The translations under genes and the position numbers were made by a program. From a virus (Duplodnaviria > Caudoviricetes): 64,000 nucleotides of DNA. Each line of letters starts with the position of its first letter. The stretch's first letter is position 1. The notes below the pieces were generated by a model. The model did not search any database. It saw only the letters and a program-made list of their open reading frames with translations, and had not been told where the DNA came from. Of this stretch, positions 54,859 to 64,000 are shown in pieces. Location: IMG/VR virus record IMGVR_UViG_3300020050_016871, positions 14,455 to 78,454 of that record. One strand, given 5' to 3'.

Positions 54859-57800
54859 TTATTTATAAGATTTTCTAAAAAAATTAATAAGAGAAAAAAC
54901 TTTTACTTCTTTATTTTCAATAGATTCTACTTCGATTTCTATAGAACACCATTCTCCACGCAAATCATCATAATCTTCTGGATTTTTTGCTGGTAACGTA
55001 TGAACTCCTTCTCTAATTTTATACCAATGATGCGTTCCTAATACGGTTCTTATTTGATTTAAAGAAGTTATAAAAACAGTTTTTAATAATGGATAATTTG
55101 TATTCAAATATACAGCAATTCCTTTATTTATTTTTGTCTCAAAAAATATAGGTGCCGAAATAACTTTTAACTTTAAATTATTTTGAATTTCAAAATATTT
55201 TAATTGATCACCAGTGTTAAGTTCTCCAATAGATTTTGAATCATTATAAGGTGCTAAAACTTTTTCTTGAAAAACAAAATACAAATCATTATCATAATTT
55301 ATTTTTCCATTAAACACTTTTAATACTTCATTAAAAGAAATTACAAAATTAACATCATCAATTGTTCTAAAACGAATATTTGTTTCTTTAAATTGTTCAT
55401 CATAATAACCTTGAATATCAACAACTTTATTGTTTTCAAAAAGTTCCCTAATCAATAACGATAAATTATTTTTCAAAAATAACGGTTCAATAATTTTAAC
55501 CATTTCAAATTTTCGTTCATCATAAAAAACAAAACCAAAATCACTTTTAACAATAGCTCTTCTGAAAGAAGTTCCATAATTACTGACAATAGTATGTCCA
55601 CTAATAGATGTTCCAGAACCTTGTTTGATTTGAATCGCTTCGCCATCATTATCTGGAGTAACAAAAGAGCGTTCATCAATTTGTATTTTAGAAGTTTGAT
55701 GTTCTTGAACAACAAAAATTTCATCTTGTTCTTTTACAACATTAAAAGCTGTTCCTTTATTTTTATCTAATTCATAAAATTCATTTGTTGGAAATTGTGT
55801 CCAGGCATCAATAGAATCTCCATTTAATTTTGTTTTAGAAACAGCAATAATATTATTTAATATAGGATCATCTTTAAAATTATAAGGCTTAGGAATAGAC
55901 TTTCTTAAATTATTTTCTTGAAAATAAGCGTTATTAAATTTTTCATCATAATTAAAATCAATAGCATTACTAAATCGATAAAATTCTTCTGAATTATTTA
56001 ATCTTGGTTCTACTGTAGATTCTAAAACAACAGCATAACACCAAGCATTATATTTATTATATTGAAATTTTCTATCCTGAGCACTAGCATCTCTAGACCA
56101 TTGAAAACCTATTTCTTTAGGAACTAATGAATCCTTATAACTAGATTTATTTCTAATATATAAACTGCAATAAGTATCTCCTTCAACATAAAATACTTGA
56201 GAACTAATTCTATTTGTAATTACAGGAATAACATCACTCATTGGAATGTATTCATTTGCCGAATAAGCAAATTCTGAACGTCCTCCATAAATCGATTCTA
56301 AGTTATTTCTTTTTAAATTTGATACTATATAAGAGTCATTCCCTTTTATTGAATCTGAACGTCCTTCTGATGTTCCAAAATTAACTTGTGAATTGATAAC
56401 AAAAGAAGATTGAGAAATATTTGATGATTTAAAATAGTTTTCTTTTGTTTTTATAAAAACTGTATTTCTTCCTTGGGCAACGTTATTTACTTCAAAAAGA
56501 GTAAATCTACTAATGTATCTTTTTCTTGCTGTTATTTGAAAAAACCAACCTGGACTAGCCAAAGTTAAAGCGTTGTTTGAATAATCAAAACTATCATTCA
56601 TTTTAAATGCTGATAAAACTTCTCCATCATTTGCTGATTCCGTTTTATCTATTTCATAAACATCTAAAGGATTAATATCTTGTTGAAAAGAAGTAAAAGT
56701 TCTTCTTTTTAAATTATTAGAAAAAACACTAACATTAACATAAAAAGGTTTTTCTTTACTTTCTCCAGACAATAATGATAACGGTATTTTTTGAGAAAAT
56801 TTAGGATTTCCAAAAGGAACCGGTCCAGAATTATTTTTACTACCATTAGAAAAATAACATTGAGTACCACCAGGCGAAGATGTTTCTGAATTATAACCTC
56901 CAATTATATTGTATCTATCATGATCGGTAGCAATAGATTCTATGTATTCTAAAACACAAGAAGAAATAAAATTATCTGATATTTTAGAATATATTAAATC
57001 TGGACTATCAAAATAAAATGCTTTTCTATTTGTAATGACTCTTGCAGGAACATTATTAGATCCAAAAATAGTAGAACTATTTGTAGCAGTTGTTCCTTCT
57101 ATTGGACCATCAGGAAAAGGAAATAAATTAACATTGTTTGGATTAATATCATAAGCAGTAAAACCCAGCGCATCATAAACTGGACCGCCATTACTAGGAA
57201 TACCCCATTTATTAGTAATTATTTCTTCAAATTGTATATTAACATCTTCTTCAATTGTAAATGGTAAAACTCTTTCTAATGGAGCAGATATTCCTTGAGC
57301 AAGAATTGTTCTATTCGATTCTGTTCTTTCAACATAAACAATTTGATAGGAATCAACTTCTTTTGATAATTCACAATTTATTCTAACATCAAATTGCAAT
57401 TCAATACCTTCAGAATACATTTCATTACCAACAACACTCCAATTAGTATAAGTTTCATTAGTAATTATTATTTGGCCATTTTCATTAACTTCTCTTTTCT
57501 TTTGTCCTATGTCTGGAATTTTTATATCACCTAAAATAGTAGTAAACAATCTATTTCCATTTTTAAACCATTGTATTCCTATTCTGTAAATTTCACCTTT
57601 CATTACAAACTTTCTAAGGCTTGGTTCTTTTATTTGAAGAGGATGATTATTTGCAACCATCCAATCTGTATTTTTAGATAAAACATTTTCTTTTACAGTG
57701 TGCATCGTAACACGAACACCATTACCATTAAACCATCCATTAGAAACACCTCCATAAACTAAATTGCTATCTTTAGCAGAATCATTTGATGGCCATGAAT

Positions 57801-59586
57801 ATTCTTTTACTTCAATATCATTGTCCATATCAACAATAACTTGATTAGTACTAAAAGATAAAATATAATTATAAAAATCTGTTTGTATATTTTCATCAAT
57901 AGGTTTGAAAAGAATTCTGCCAGAAGTTTGAATTATATTTAAATTAGGAAATTTTGTTTCAAAGTCAATATCATCTTGAGTTGTATTTAAAAAATTAAAA
58001 ATATTAGAAGTTTGATCAATATAATTATATTGAACATTTTCTTCTTCATATTCATAATATTCTCCTGTAATTTTATTTTCAATTTTCATTTTGAAATTAC
58101 CAAAAACCTCAATTTTTCTAAAAAGTTTTCTTTTTACATAAACAAAACTTTCTGTCATTCCTAAGTTTATATAGTTGTAATGTACTGGATCAGAATTTAA
58201 AAGAGAGGTGTGTGTTTCTCCTGTCGGTTTAAATCCGTTTAATGAAAAATCAAGTTCCAATCCTTTGGAGTTAAGAAACAAAGGATCATTTCTTAATCCA
58301 ACAGCAATAAGTTTATTATTTTTTACAGCAAAATCAGAATTATACCTCCAACTAATTGAATTAGCAAATAAATCAGCAAGAGTAATATTTTCTGAATATT
58401 CTGATTCTGATCCAAAATGCTCAAAAGAAACAATAGCATTTACTAATTTAGTGCCAATAAGTTTAATAGAAGTTGGAACATCTTTTGCCTCAAATTCAAT
58501 AGCTATAAGTTGTACTTCTTTAAAGTTTTTATAATCAGGGATATAACAATCAATAACAACAGATTTGTTTGTTATTTCTGAAATATCACCACCTATTTTT
58601 TCATCACCATTTCCTTTAGTTATTTTAACACCTTTCGATAAAGGTGAAAAATCAGTTTGTTGTCCATTTTCAGTAAACAGTCGCATAGCGTAAAAAACAG
58701 TCATTGCTTTTATTTGACCATTTTCATTAATAGAATTAATTCTTGGATTTAAAAGAATCCCTTTTGTTTTTATATCAAATTCAAAAGAATTTCTTTTTAA
58801 TAGATTTTCATCTTTAACATTAACAACTCTAGTAGGATTATAATAATCAGAAAAATAAACACGTTTATTATATACGTTTTCAGATACTCCTTCAGTTGTA
58901 ATTATAGCGTTAAAGGGGATGTTCAAATGTCCTACATAAATAATTTTACCAATTAAAAGTCCAGAAGAATTATATTTAAAAGAAAATATAACATCATTTA
59001 TACCGTCTTGATTATTAATAGGAGCATCAGTATCTAATTGACAAATAACAGGATTTGATGGCATATAAGTAAGTGTTTTAAACAAACCATTATAAGTAAC
59101 ATCAATTGTATTTGACTCTTCTATATCGCTTAAGTTTTGAGAAAAATCATCATCATCAATAGGCTCTACCGGAACATTAATAATAACTGTTTCTTCAGAA
59201 AAATTACTTAAGAAATCGATATTTGTAATTTCATTTGTATTAGTACTAATATTAAAATTATTTACTGTTATTTCAATAATTTCTTGTTCTTCTGTTTCAC
59301 CTTGTTCTATAGGAATATCAGCTTTACCAAAAACAATAAGTTCATCTTCAAAAGCATAAAAACCATTATACTTTAAAACATTTTCATTGTTATAAACAAA
59401 ACGTGTTCCATTAACTGAAACAAAAGCTAAAGTTCCATCTTTACTATAAAGACGACCATTCCAAGCATCCGTAAAACCTGTAGATTGTTCAATGTGATTA
59501 TCTAAATCAACAGTCCATCCTTTTGAAAATTGATGTATTTCGGCATCATTTAAATTTGAATTTGAATTATTGGAATCTTTAGCCAT
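54859..59586 (-). CDS. Tail stabilisation / muzzle protein (crAss-like, P22 gp10-like)
   Basis: 1575 aa; VYFSDYYNP, GEIYRIGIQW, VEGDTY, KTKLNGDSIDAW, S.YGTSFRRAIVKS.FG.VFYD patterns and synteny. Confidence 0.8.
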   Translation of the reverse strand: MAKDSNNSNSNLNDAEIHQFSKGWTVDLDNHIEQSTGFTDAWNGRLYSKDGTLAFVSVNGTRFVYNNENVLKYNGFYAFEDELIVFGKADIPIEQGETEEQEIIEITVNNFNISTNTNEITNIDFLSNFSEETVIINVPVEPIDDDDFSQNLSDIEESNTIDVTYNGLFKTLTYMPSNPVICQLDTDAPINNQDGINDVIFSFKYNSSGLLIGKIIYVGHLNIPFNAIITTEGVSENVYNKRVYFSDYYNPTRVVNVKDENLLKRNSFEFDIKTKGILLNPRINSINENGQIKAMTVFYAMRLFTENGQQTDFSPLSKGVKITKGNGDEKIGGDISEITNKSVVIDCYIPDYKNFKEVQLIAIEFEAKDVPTSIKLIGTKLVNAIVSFEHFGSESEYSENITLADLFANSISWRYNSDFAVKNNKLIAVGLRNDPLFLNSKGLELDFSLNGFKPTGETHTSLLNSDPVHYNYINLGMTESFVYVKRKLFRKIEVFGNFKMKIENKITGEYYEYEEENVQYNYIDQTSNIFNFLNTTQDDIDFETKFPNLNIIQTSGRILFKPIDENIQTDFYNYILSFSTNQVIVDMDNDIEVKEYSWPSNDSAKDSNLVYGGVSNGWFNGNGVRVTMHTVKENVLSKNTDWMVANNHPLQIKEPSLRKFVMKGEIYRIGIQWFKNGNRLFTTILGDIKIPDIGQKKREVNENGQIIITNETYTNWSVVGNEMYSEGIELQFDVRINCELSKEVDSYQIVYVERTESNRTILAQGISAPLERVLPFTIEEDVNIQFEEIITNKWGIPSNGGPVYDALGFTAYDINPNNVNLFPFPDGPIEGTTATNSSTIFGSNNVPARVITNRKAFYFDSPDLIYSKISDNFISSCVLEYIESIATDHDRYNIIGGYNSETSSPGGTQCYFSNGSKNNSGPVPFGNPKFSQKIPLSLLSGESKEKPFYVNVSVFSNNLKRRTFTSFQQDINPLDVYEIDKTESANDGEVLSAFKMNDSFDYSNNALTLASPGWFFQITARKRYISRFTLFEVNNVAQGRNTVFIKTKENYFKSSNISQSSFVINSQVNFGTSEGRSDSIKGNDSYIVSNLKRNNLESIYGGRSEFAYSANEYIPMSDVIPVITNRISSQVFYVEGDTYCSLYIRNKSSYKDSLVPKEIGFQWSRDASAQDRKFQYNKYNAWCYAVVLESTVEPRLNNSEEFYRFSNAIDFNYDEKFNNAYFQENNLRKSIPKPYNFKDDPILNNIIAVSKTKLNGDSIDAWTQFPTNEFYELDKNKGTAFNVVKEQDEIFVVQEHQTSKIQIDERSFVTPDNDGEAIQIKQGSGTSISGHTIVSNYGTSFRRAIVKSDFGFVFYDERKFEMVKIIEPLFLKNNLSLLIRELFENNKVVDIQGYYDEQFKETNIRFRTIDDVNFVISFNEVLKVFNGKINYDNDLYFVFQEKVLAPYNDSKSIGELNTGDQLKYFEIQNNLKLKVISAPIFFETKINKGIAVYLNTNYPLLKTVFITSLNQIRTVLGTHHWYKIREGVHTLPAKNPEDYDDLRGEWCSIEIEVESIENKEVKVFSLINFFRKSYK

Positions 59587-59612
59587 GATTATATATTTTT
59601 ACAAATTTAAAC

Positions 59613-59639
59613 AAAAAAAAGACACTTGTTAAAAGTGCC
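59613..59639 (-). terminator. Intrinsic terminator after the lysis cassette
   Basis: GGCACTT/AAGTGTC stem plus T8; TAAATTTG (-7-like) immediately downstream at 59602-59609. Confidence 0.82.
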
Positions 59640-59891
59640 TTATAATTGTGTTTTAAGAAGATAATATGCTTGTAATCTGTCAAAGTGAGGTTTAGCAATA
59701 ATTAATCTAGCTCTATTGTTTGCATGCGTTGGAGGATCAATTTTAGGATATTTATCAACAACTGCAATATGTCTTTTAATAAATAAAGCTTCATCATGTA
59801 TAACACCTATTGATTCTACTTTAACAGGATTATCAGAAAGATTTAGATTTAATAATTTTTCTTTTAATTCGGGCCAGGGAATGTTTATCAT
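59640..59891 (-). CDS. Hypothetical protein
   Basis: 83-aa ORF at the end of the lysis unit. Confidence 0.55.
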   Translation of the reverse strand: MINIPWPELKEKLLNLNLSDNPVKVESIGVIHDEALFIKRHIAVVDKYPKIDPPTHANNRARLIIAKPHFDRLQAYYLLKTQL

Positions 59892-59894
59892 ATT

Positions 59895-60518
59895 TTAATT
59901 TTTATTTTTTTCTATTTTTAAAACTTTACTTTCTCCACATTCATCAAATTGTTTTGCTGTAAACTCCTTTTTTCCTAAGAATCTGGTTTTAATCCCAAGG
60001 AAATTCCATTGCCTACGTTGCCAATAAGCTACGCCATCAGATTTGTTTTTAAATTCCCGGTTATTTACAGTAACCTTTAATTTTTGACCATCAAAAGAAA
60101 CATGTCCGTTAACTGTTAAACATTTTGTACTATCGGTCCATGATTGAGATTTAGGAATTGAATTTTTGATAGCGTCTACTATTCCGGAAACATCAGTTTC
60201 TTTTTTTGTTGTGTCTGTATATTTATAATTCGACGAAACAATACTTTGAATTCGATTAAGCTTAATCCCTTCGTTTGCGAGCTTATTTTTTAAATCCTGA
60301 TTCTGATATTCCAGATAGTCTTTTATTTCACTCAGGGTTAAATTTTGACTGGTAAAACGCAAACTATCCTCTTTTCTTAATTGAGAAGCGTTTTCAGTTT
60401 GTCGAATGTTTTCGGATTTCTGGTATTGGTAATCTTTATAAAACCAAACTACAGCAACAACCAGCAATACAAGAAATATTGCTTTGATGTTTTTTATTAA
60501 GATGTCTAAGTTGATCAT
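59895..60518 (-). CDS. TM-anchored coiled-coil protein, probable spanin-like (DUF6549-like)
   Basis: N-terminal TM, coiled coil, C-terminal WQRRQWNFLG; directly downstream of the endolysin. Confidence 0.55.
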   Translation of the reverse strand: MINLDILIKNIKAIFLVLLVVAVVWFYKDYQYQKSENIRQTENASQLRKEDSLRFTSQNLTLSEIKDYLEYQNQDLKNKLANEGIKLNRIQSIVSSNYKYTDTTKKETDVSGIVDAIKNSIPKSQSWTDSTKCLTVNGHVSFDGQKLKVTVNNREFKNKSDGVAYWQRRQWNFLGIKTRFLGKKEFTAKQFDECGESKVLKIEKNKN

Positions 60519-60530
60519 GTTTTTATTTTT

Positions 60531-60558
60531 AACTGACCGACATCGATGTCGGTTAGTT
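60531..60558. repeat. Palindrome (perfect 18-bp core ACCGACATCGATGTCGGT)
   Basis: AACTGACCGACATC/GATGTCGGTTAGTT in the intergenic gap. Confidence 0.85.
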
Positions 60559-60561
60559 GTT

Positions 60562-61110
60562 TTACATTAAATCTTCGTACTTTTTAACGATGTCGGCTAT
60601 TTTTACAGCTAACTCATTTTTATTTAAAAAATATGAGTTCAAATCTTTATCATTAGTGATGAAACAAATCTCCAGTAAGGCCACAATTCCCTGTTCACGC
60701 ATTAAACCTAAAGATCCACGGTGACTTTGTTTTTCGGATAAAACACCACGATTTTTAATAGCTAAAACTTCTGCTGTAGTTTCTACCAGTTCTTTTGCAA
60801 AAGCTTTATCCAGCCTATCGGCATCATTACCTATTAAAGCGGTGGTTCCAGTTGCGGATGAAGAAGTTGCTGCATCAAAATGAAATTCTAACACTACCGA
60901 ACCGCTTCCTGTTTTAATTCTATCTAAGTAAGTACCTAAACGTTCATCGTCTTTATCCGTGATTACTTTTACATTTCGTTTTAGCAATTCTTTAATTACT
61001 AAGGTTTTGAATCCGAGAGCCAAATCGGCTTCGGTAAATCCATTAGCAACTGCTCCTGGATCTACTTTTATTCCTTTAGAGTTATGTCCTGCTGAGATAA
61101 ATGTTGTCAT
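60562..61110 (-). CDS. Endolysin, N-acetylmuramoyl-L-alanine amidase (Amidase_3); start revised to ATG 61110
   Basis: ISAGH..DPGA, EADL, LEFHFDA, LLEICFITN..D. Confidence 0.92.
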   Translation of the reverse strand: MTTFISAGHNSKGIKVDPGAVANGFTEADLALGFKTLVIKELLKRNVKVITDKDDERLGTYLDRIKTGSGSVVLEFHFDAATSSSATGTTALIGNDADRLDKAFAKELVETTAEVLAIKNRGVLSEKQSHRGSLGLMREQGIVALLEICFITNDKDLNSYFLNKNELAVKIADIVKKYEDLM

Positions 61111-61193
61111 TATTTCCAATATTTGATATTAATAATTAATGCGATTGCCAATGCTACCAAAAAAAGCACTCCTGTGATAAATTCGGTTTTCAT
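61110..61193 (-). CDS. 27-aa single-TM peptide between holin and endolysin
   Basis: Manual translation MKTEFITGVLFLVALAIALIINIKYWK; TAATG overlaps at both ends. Confidence 0.65.
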   Translation of the reverse strand: MKTEFITGVLFLVALAIALIINIKYWK

Positions 61194-61780
61194 TATTCTT
61201 TTGTTTCGTTAGCTACATCTTTAACTCCCGTAATTAAATTTCGAATTCCTTTAGGTATATTCAAACCACATTTTGGCAGGTTTTCCCAGAAAATAGAAAA
61301 TATTTCATTGGCACAAAAAACTAAAACACACATGGTTGTAATATCAATTTGAGAATCAGTTATTGCCGAAAAACTCATGTTTTTAATTAAAAATGTTTGT
61401 TGAAATTTTAGTACTATCAAAGGAAATGCACCGTAAATAATTCCCTTGATGAAACATTTTTTAAATTTATCAGAAGAAAAACCTTTTTCTTCTTCAGGGA
61501 TTTTTTCTTTAGAATCATTAGCTCTAAAAAAAAACTTTCCTTTTGGCGCTTTTTCTTTCCATGTAAAATAAGAAGCCAATAATCCCGTAGCCAAATCAGA
61601 TAAAAACAACCAAACTAATATCCATACAACAGCTTCTAAACTTACTACAGGAGCAATAGCTATTGATGGTGGCACGATGATTAATGATATTGGCTTAATG
61701 ATAGGATGTACTAAAAATTCTTTCATGGTAATTTGGTTTTTTGTTATTGTTAAAAAAGCAACCTCGCTCTCTCCAGCCAA
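61193..61780 (-). CDS. Holin (phage holin 4_1-like); likely start at ATG 61726
   Basis: LFLSDLATGLLAS...KKCFIKGIIY...NEIFSIFWENLPKCGLNIP. Confidence 0.75.
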   Translation of the reverse strand: MAGESEVAFLTITKNQITMKEFLVHPIIKPISLIIVPPSIAIAPVVSLEAVVWILVWLFLSDLATGLLASYFTWKEKAPKGKFFFRANDSKEKIPEEEKGFSSDKFKKCFIKGIIYGAFPLIVLKFQQTFLIKNMSFSAITDSQIDITTMCVLVFCANEIFSIFWENLPKCGLNIPKGIRNLITGVKDVANETKE

Positions 61781-61788
61781 CCTCTCGA

Positions 61789-62265
61789 TTAGGCAGTTGC
61801 TTTTATTAGTGTTTTATATTCTTGTTTAAATTTCTTTTTCTGACTTTTACTCATAAAACCTCTTTTTATAAGTGAATAAATCATAAAAGGAAATGTTAAT
61901 AGTGTCAATCCAATTAATCTTTTTAAGGCTTTCCATTTACCTTTATTTTTTCTAATTATTCCTTTATAGAATAACCAATTAGATAAATTTAAACACCTTA
62001 TATTAGAAGATACATTATGAACTATACATTGATAATCATGTAACATAGCATCTAAATCTAATCCATCAATATCATATAAATCTTTTACTCCTGTAGCACC
62101 GTCAAACTGAGCAGGATTTTGACAGAAATAATTGTAAGATTTAATGTAAATAGCTATTTCAGTATCATTGTATCCTTTTACTTTAAGTAACTGAACTACT
62201 TGTCTTCTTTTGGAAGAAAGTGCTTCTACGGATTGATGAAAAAATTTTGATTTAGAACCTAGCAT
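61789..62265 (-). CDS. DUF1353-like protein
   Basis: FDGATG...AMLHDY motif. Confidence 0.55.
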   Translation of the reverse strand: MLGSKSKFFHQSVEALSSKRRQVVQLLKVKGYNDTEIAIYIKSYNYFCQNPAQFDGATGVKDLYDIDGLDLDAMLHDYQCIVHNVSSNIRCLNLSNWLFYKGIIRKNKGKWKALKRLIGLTLLTFPFMIYSLIKRGFMSKSQKKKFKQEYKTLIKATA

Positions 62266-62855
62266 TATAAATGACTTGCGTTAATAAAAATATTTTCCAA
62301 ATCAGTTTCAGTCAATCCAAGCATTAAAGCTAATAATACAAGCAATGGACTTTCACGCTCAAATGTAACCGCATAATCCCAAGCAATTAAAGCAATACTT
62401 CTGTCAGGTTCAGGCAACGAATTAATCACTATATCAATATCAGTTAAATTAAAACCGCTTAAAACTAACTGTGTTCTTAGTTGTCTTTGAGAAACTGTTT
62501 GAGGTATTCTTGCCTTTAATTCTTCTACACTTAATTCTAATTTTTGATAAGTAAACACCTGATTTTCTTCATCAAAATAGATTTCTCCTAACTTTTCATT
62601 TTCTAATATTTCAGGAACTAGTAAATCAAAAAAACCATCTTTTTTATGAATTTCATCACTTAACAAATGATAACCGTCTGTTCTTTGTCCTGAATTATAA
62701 TTTAAAGAATAAAATGATGTTGGAATAAATGAAAACTGACGGTTAAATCCAATTTCAATATTTCCAAACAAATCAGTATTTGTACTCTTTAGTTGTTGTG
62801 TAATTTTAATTGCTTTCATACTATATAACTTCATACCCTGCTGATTGTAGATCAT
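62265..62855 (-). CDS. Tail-fibre-associated protein / assembly chaperone
   Basis: VSQRQLRTQL...IAWDYAVTFERESPLL...LGLTETDLENIF C-terminal motif. Confidence 0.6.
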   Translation of the reverse strand: MIYNQQGMKLYSMKAIKITQQLKSTNTDLFGNIEIGFNRQFSFIPTSFYSLNYNSGQRTDGYHLLSDEIHKKDGFFDLLVPEILENEKLGEIYFDEENQVFTYQKLELSVEELKARIPQTVSQRQLRTQLVLSGFNLTDIDIVINSLPEPDRSIALIAWDYAVTFERESPLLVLLALMLGLTETDLENIFINASHL

Positions 62856-63561
62856 AGAGTGATTTTACTTGTTTTTTATTCAACTTTATATTCCAAAACC
62901 CGATTCCATCAAACTTTCCTAATGGACTCACATCATTTGATCCTGTCCAATTTAAACCTCCTATAGAAATTTTTTCGTTTAAATTTTCCATTGAAACAAA
63001 AGTTCCACTGTTTGTAAAAGTCATTGATTCTAATATTCCATTTAAAAATATTTTTAATCCAGTAGCGACTGTTCCTCCATTGTAAGTAGCCACAACGTGA
63101 TATGACGTGGAATTACTAAGCACTGTATTTCCAATACAATCAATATAACCACCTGTAGAGTTATCGTATATCCTAAACATTAATTTTCCTGTATCTCTAA
63201 TATCTAATTGCCATTCTCTGTTTGAAACCTCACCTCTTTTTGAAACCAAATACCTTATGCTGAATCCACCTTGAAGAACTCCTATATTTGTTATATTTAT
63301 ACATAAAGACAAGCTAAATGGTTTATTTGAAAAAGTTAACAAGCTTGTGTCTGGAGTTGTCAACCTGTCAGAAAGACTTGTAAATTGAAGACCCTCATTT
63401 GCAACACCTGAAAAAATTCCATTAGAAAAAATAGTTCCTACTTTTGAATATGTTAAATTACCCGTTTGGTCTATAATATTATTATTTAGTCTTAAGTAAG
63501 ATATTAAATGCTCTACAGGTATTCTTTTGCTTATATCAAAAAACATTAGTTTCTTACTCAT
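62821..63561 (-). CDS. LamG / concanavalin-A-like domain protein (tail fibre / receptor binding)
   Basis: FSLSLCI...YHVVATYNG...IFLNG...GKFDGIGFWN..L. Confidence 0.8.
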   Translation of the reverse strand: MSKKLMFFDISKRIPVEHLISYLRLNNNIIDQTGNLTYSKVGTIFSNGIFSGVANEGLQFTSLSDRLTTPDTSLLTFSNKPFSLSLCINITNIGVLQGGFSIRYLVSKRGEVSNREWQLDIRDTGKLMFRIYDNSTGGYIDCIGNTVLSNSTSYHVVATYNGGTVATGLKIFLNGILESMTFTNSGTFVSMENLNEKISIGGLNWTGSNDVSPLGKFDGIGFWNIKLNKKQVKSLYDLQSAGYEVI

Positions 63562-63563
63562 AA

Positions 63564-64000
63564 TTAATCTGGTTGTGTTATTGAAATTTCATATAATCCG
63601 CTTTTAAAATATTGAATAACAATTAAATTATTCAAAGTACCTACATAACTTCCTCTTATATTGGTTGACCAGTTTGCTGGAAATGTTAATGCAAAATTTC
63701 CTGTACAACGAATCAAAATAGTTTTAGAATGTAAATTACTTTCTGTAAAAGTTGTCGTTCCTGTTAGTGTTAAATTCCATAACTCATAAGCGTTATAATC
63801 TAGGTTATAAGTACCTGTTACAGTTGCGTTTTCAAGAAGTCTATCTTTTTGAGGATATAATGTATCAAAATAAGTTTTCAAAAACACCTTTACATTTGTC
63901 CATGTAATTTTCTTCAAAAGTCCTCCACCAGTTAAGGCAGTAGCAACAACATCAGTATCATTTGGCGTGGCATCACCTGCGCTGCCTATTAACGCACCTA
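63564..64000 (-). CDS. Tail fibre protein, C-terminal part (open to the right edge; ORF-track start at 63917 is not the true start)
   Basis: Frame is open to the window end: GALIGSAGDATPNDTDVV...LKKITWTNVKVFLKTYFDTLY, a recurrent tail-fibre repeat. Confidence 0.7.
   Translation of the reverse strand, partial: GALIGSAGDATPNDTDVVATALTGGGLLKKITWTNVKVFLKTYFDTLYPQKDRLLENATVTGTYNLDYNAYELWNLTLTGTTTFTESNLHSKTILIRCTGNFALTFPANWSTNIRGSYVGTLNNLIVIQYFKSGLYEISITQPD

Noticed and set aside
4405-59898. Numerous short antisense or alternative-frame ORFs in the track (e.g. 4405-4656, 11500-11766, 22167-22490, 29416-29787, 42888-43268, 46672-47061, 55473-55724)
   Set aside because: They lie within well-supported genes and have composition typical of shadow frames.
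61726-61780. Lambda-style dual-start holin/antiholin
   Set aside because: No Met-Lys-Met motif; the upstream TTG start looks like an ORF-caller extension.
1-64000. Stop-codon reassignment (TAG or TGA), known in some Crassvirales
   Set aside because: Long genes are uninterrupted under code 11 and coding density is already high.
1-64000. CRISPR array, integrase, IS element, intron or intein
   Set aside because: No regularly spaced repeat-spacer unit and no recombinase, transposase, homing-endonuclease or Hint motifs recognised.

Overview
This window is a 64 kb, AT-rich segment of a lytic, crAss-like (Crassvirales-type) podophage of a Bacteroidota host, probably Flavobacteriaceae. The host call rests on TAnnTTTG/TTG promoters, a Bacteroidota-type DnaG, a DDLPF tail and a Q-rule signal peptide. 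The standard genetic code fits throughout. There are three blocks. (1) Leftward, 1-8350: partial large terminase, GroEL/GroES, KTSC, a putative multi-domain nucleotide-sponge protein, a DEDDh exonuclease, a terminase-fragment paralogue and unusual ncRNAs. (2) A divergent control/origin region (~8350-9400) followed by a rightward early/replication block to 37693: SSB, RepL-like protein, helicase-methyltransferase fusion, RadC/JAB, outer-membrane beta-barrel, two HU-like proteins, SSB-like protein, Dda-like helicase, 5'-3' exonuclease, DnaG and a PRTRC ubiquitin-like cassette. No DNA polymerase is recognisable in this block. (3) Leftward virion and lysis block, 37722-64000: a 3962-aa virion RNA polymerase (DYDGD), ejection proteins, tail muzzle, lysis cassette and tail-fibre genes. 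The strongest novelty candidates are: a phage-borne E1/E2/Ubl cassette whose protein E shares a ~30-aa module with the phage SSB-like protein; two tRNA mimics with aberrant anticodon arms plus a pseudoknotted RNA; and a putative anti-defence cluster. All family assignments are from motif recognition by eye; no database searches were run.
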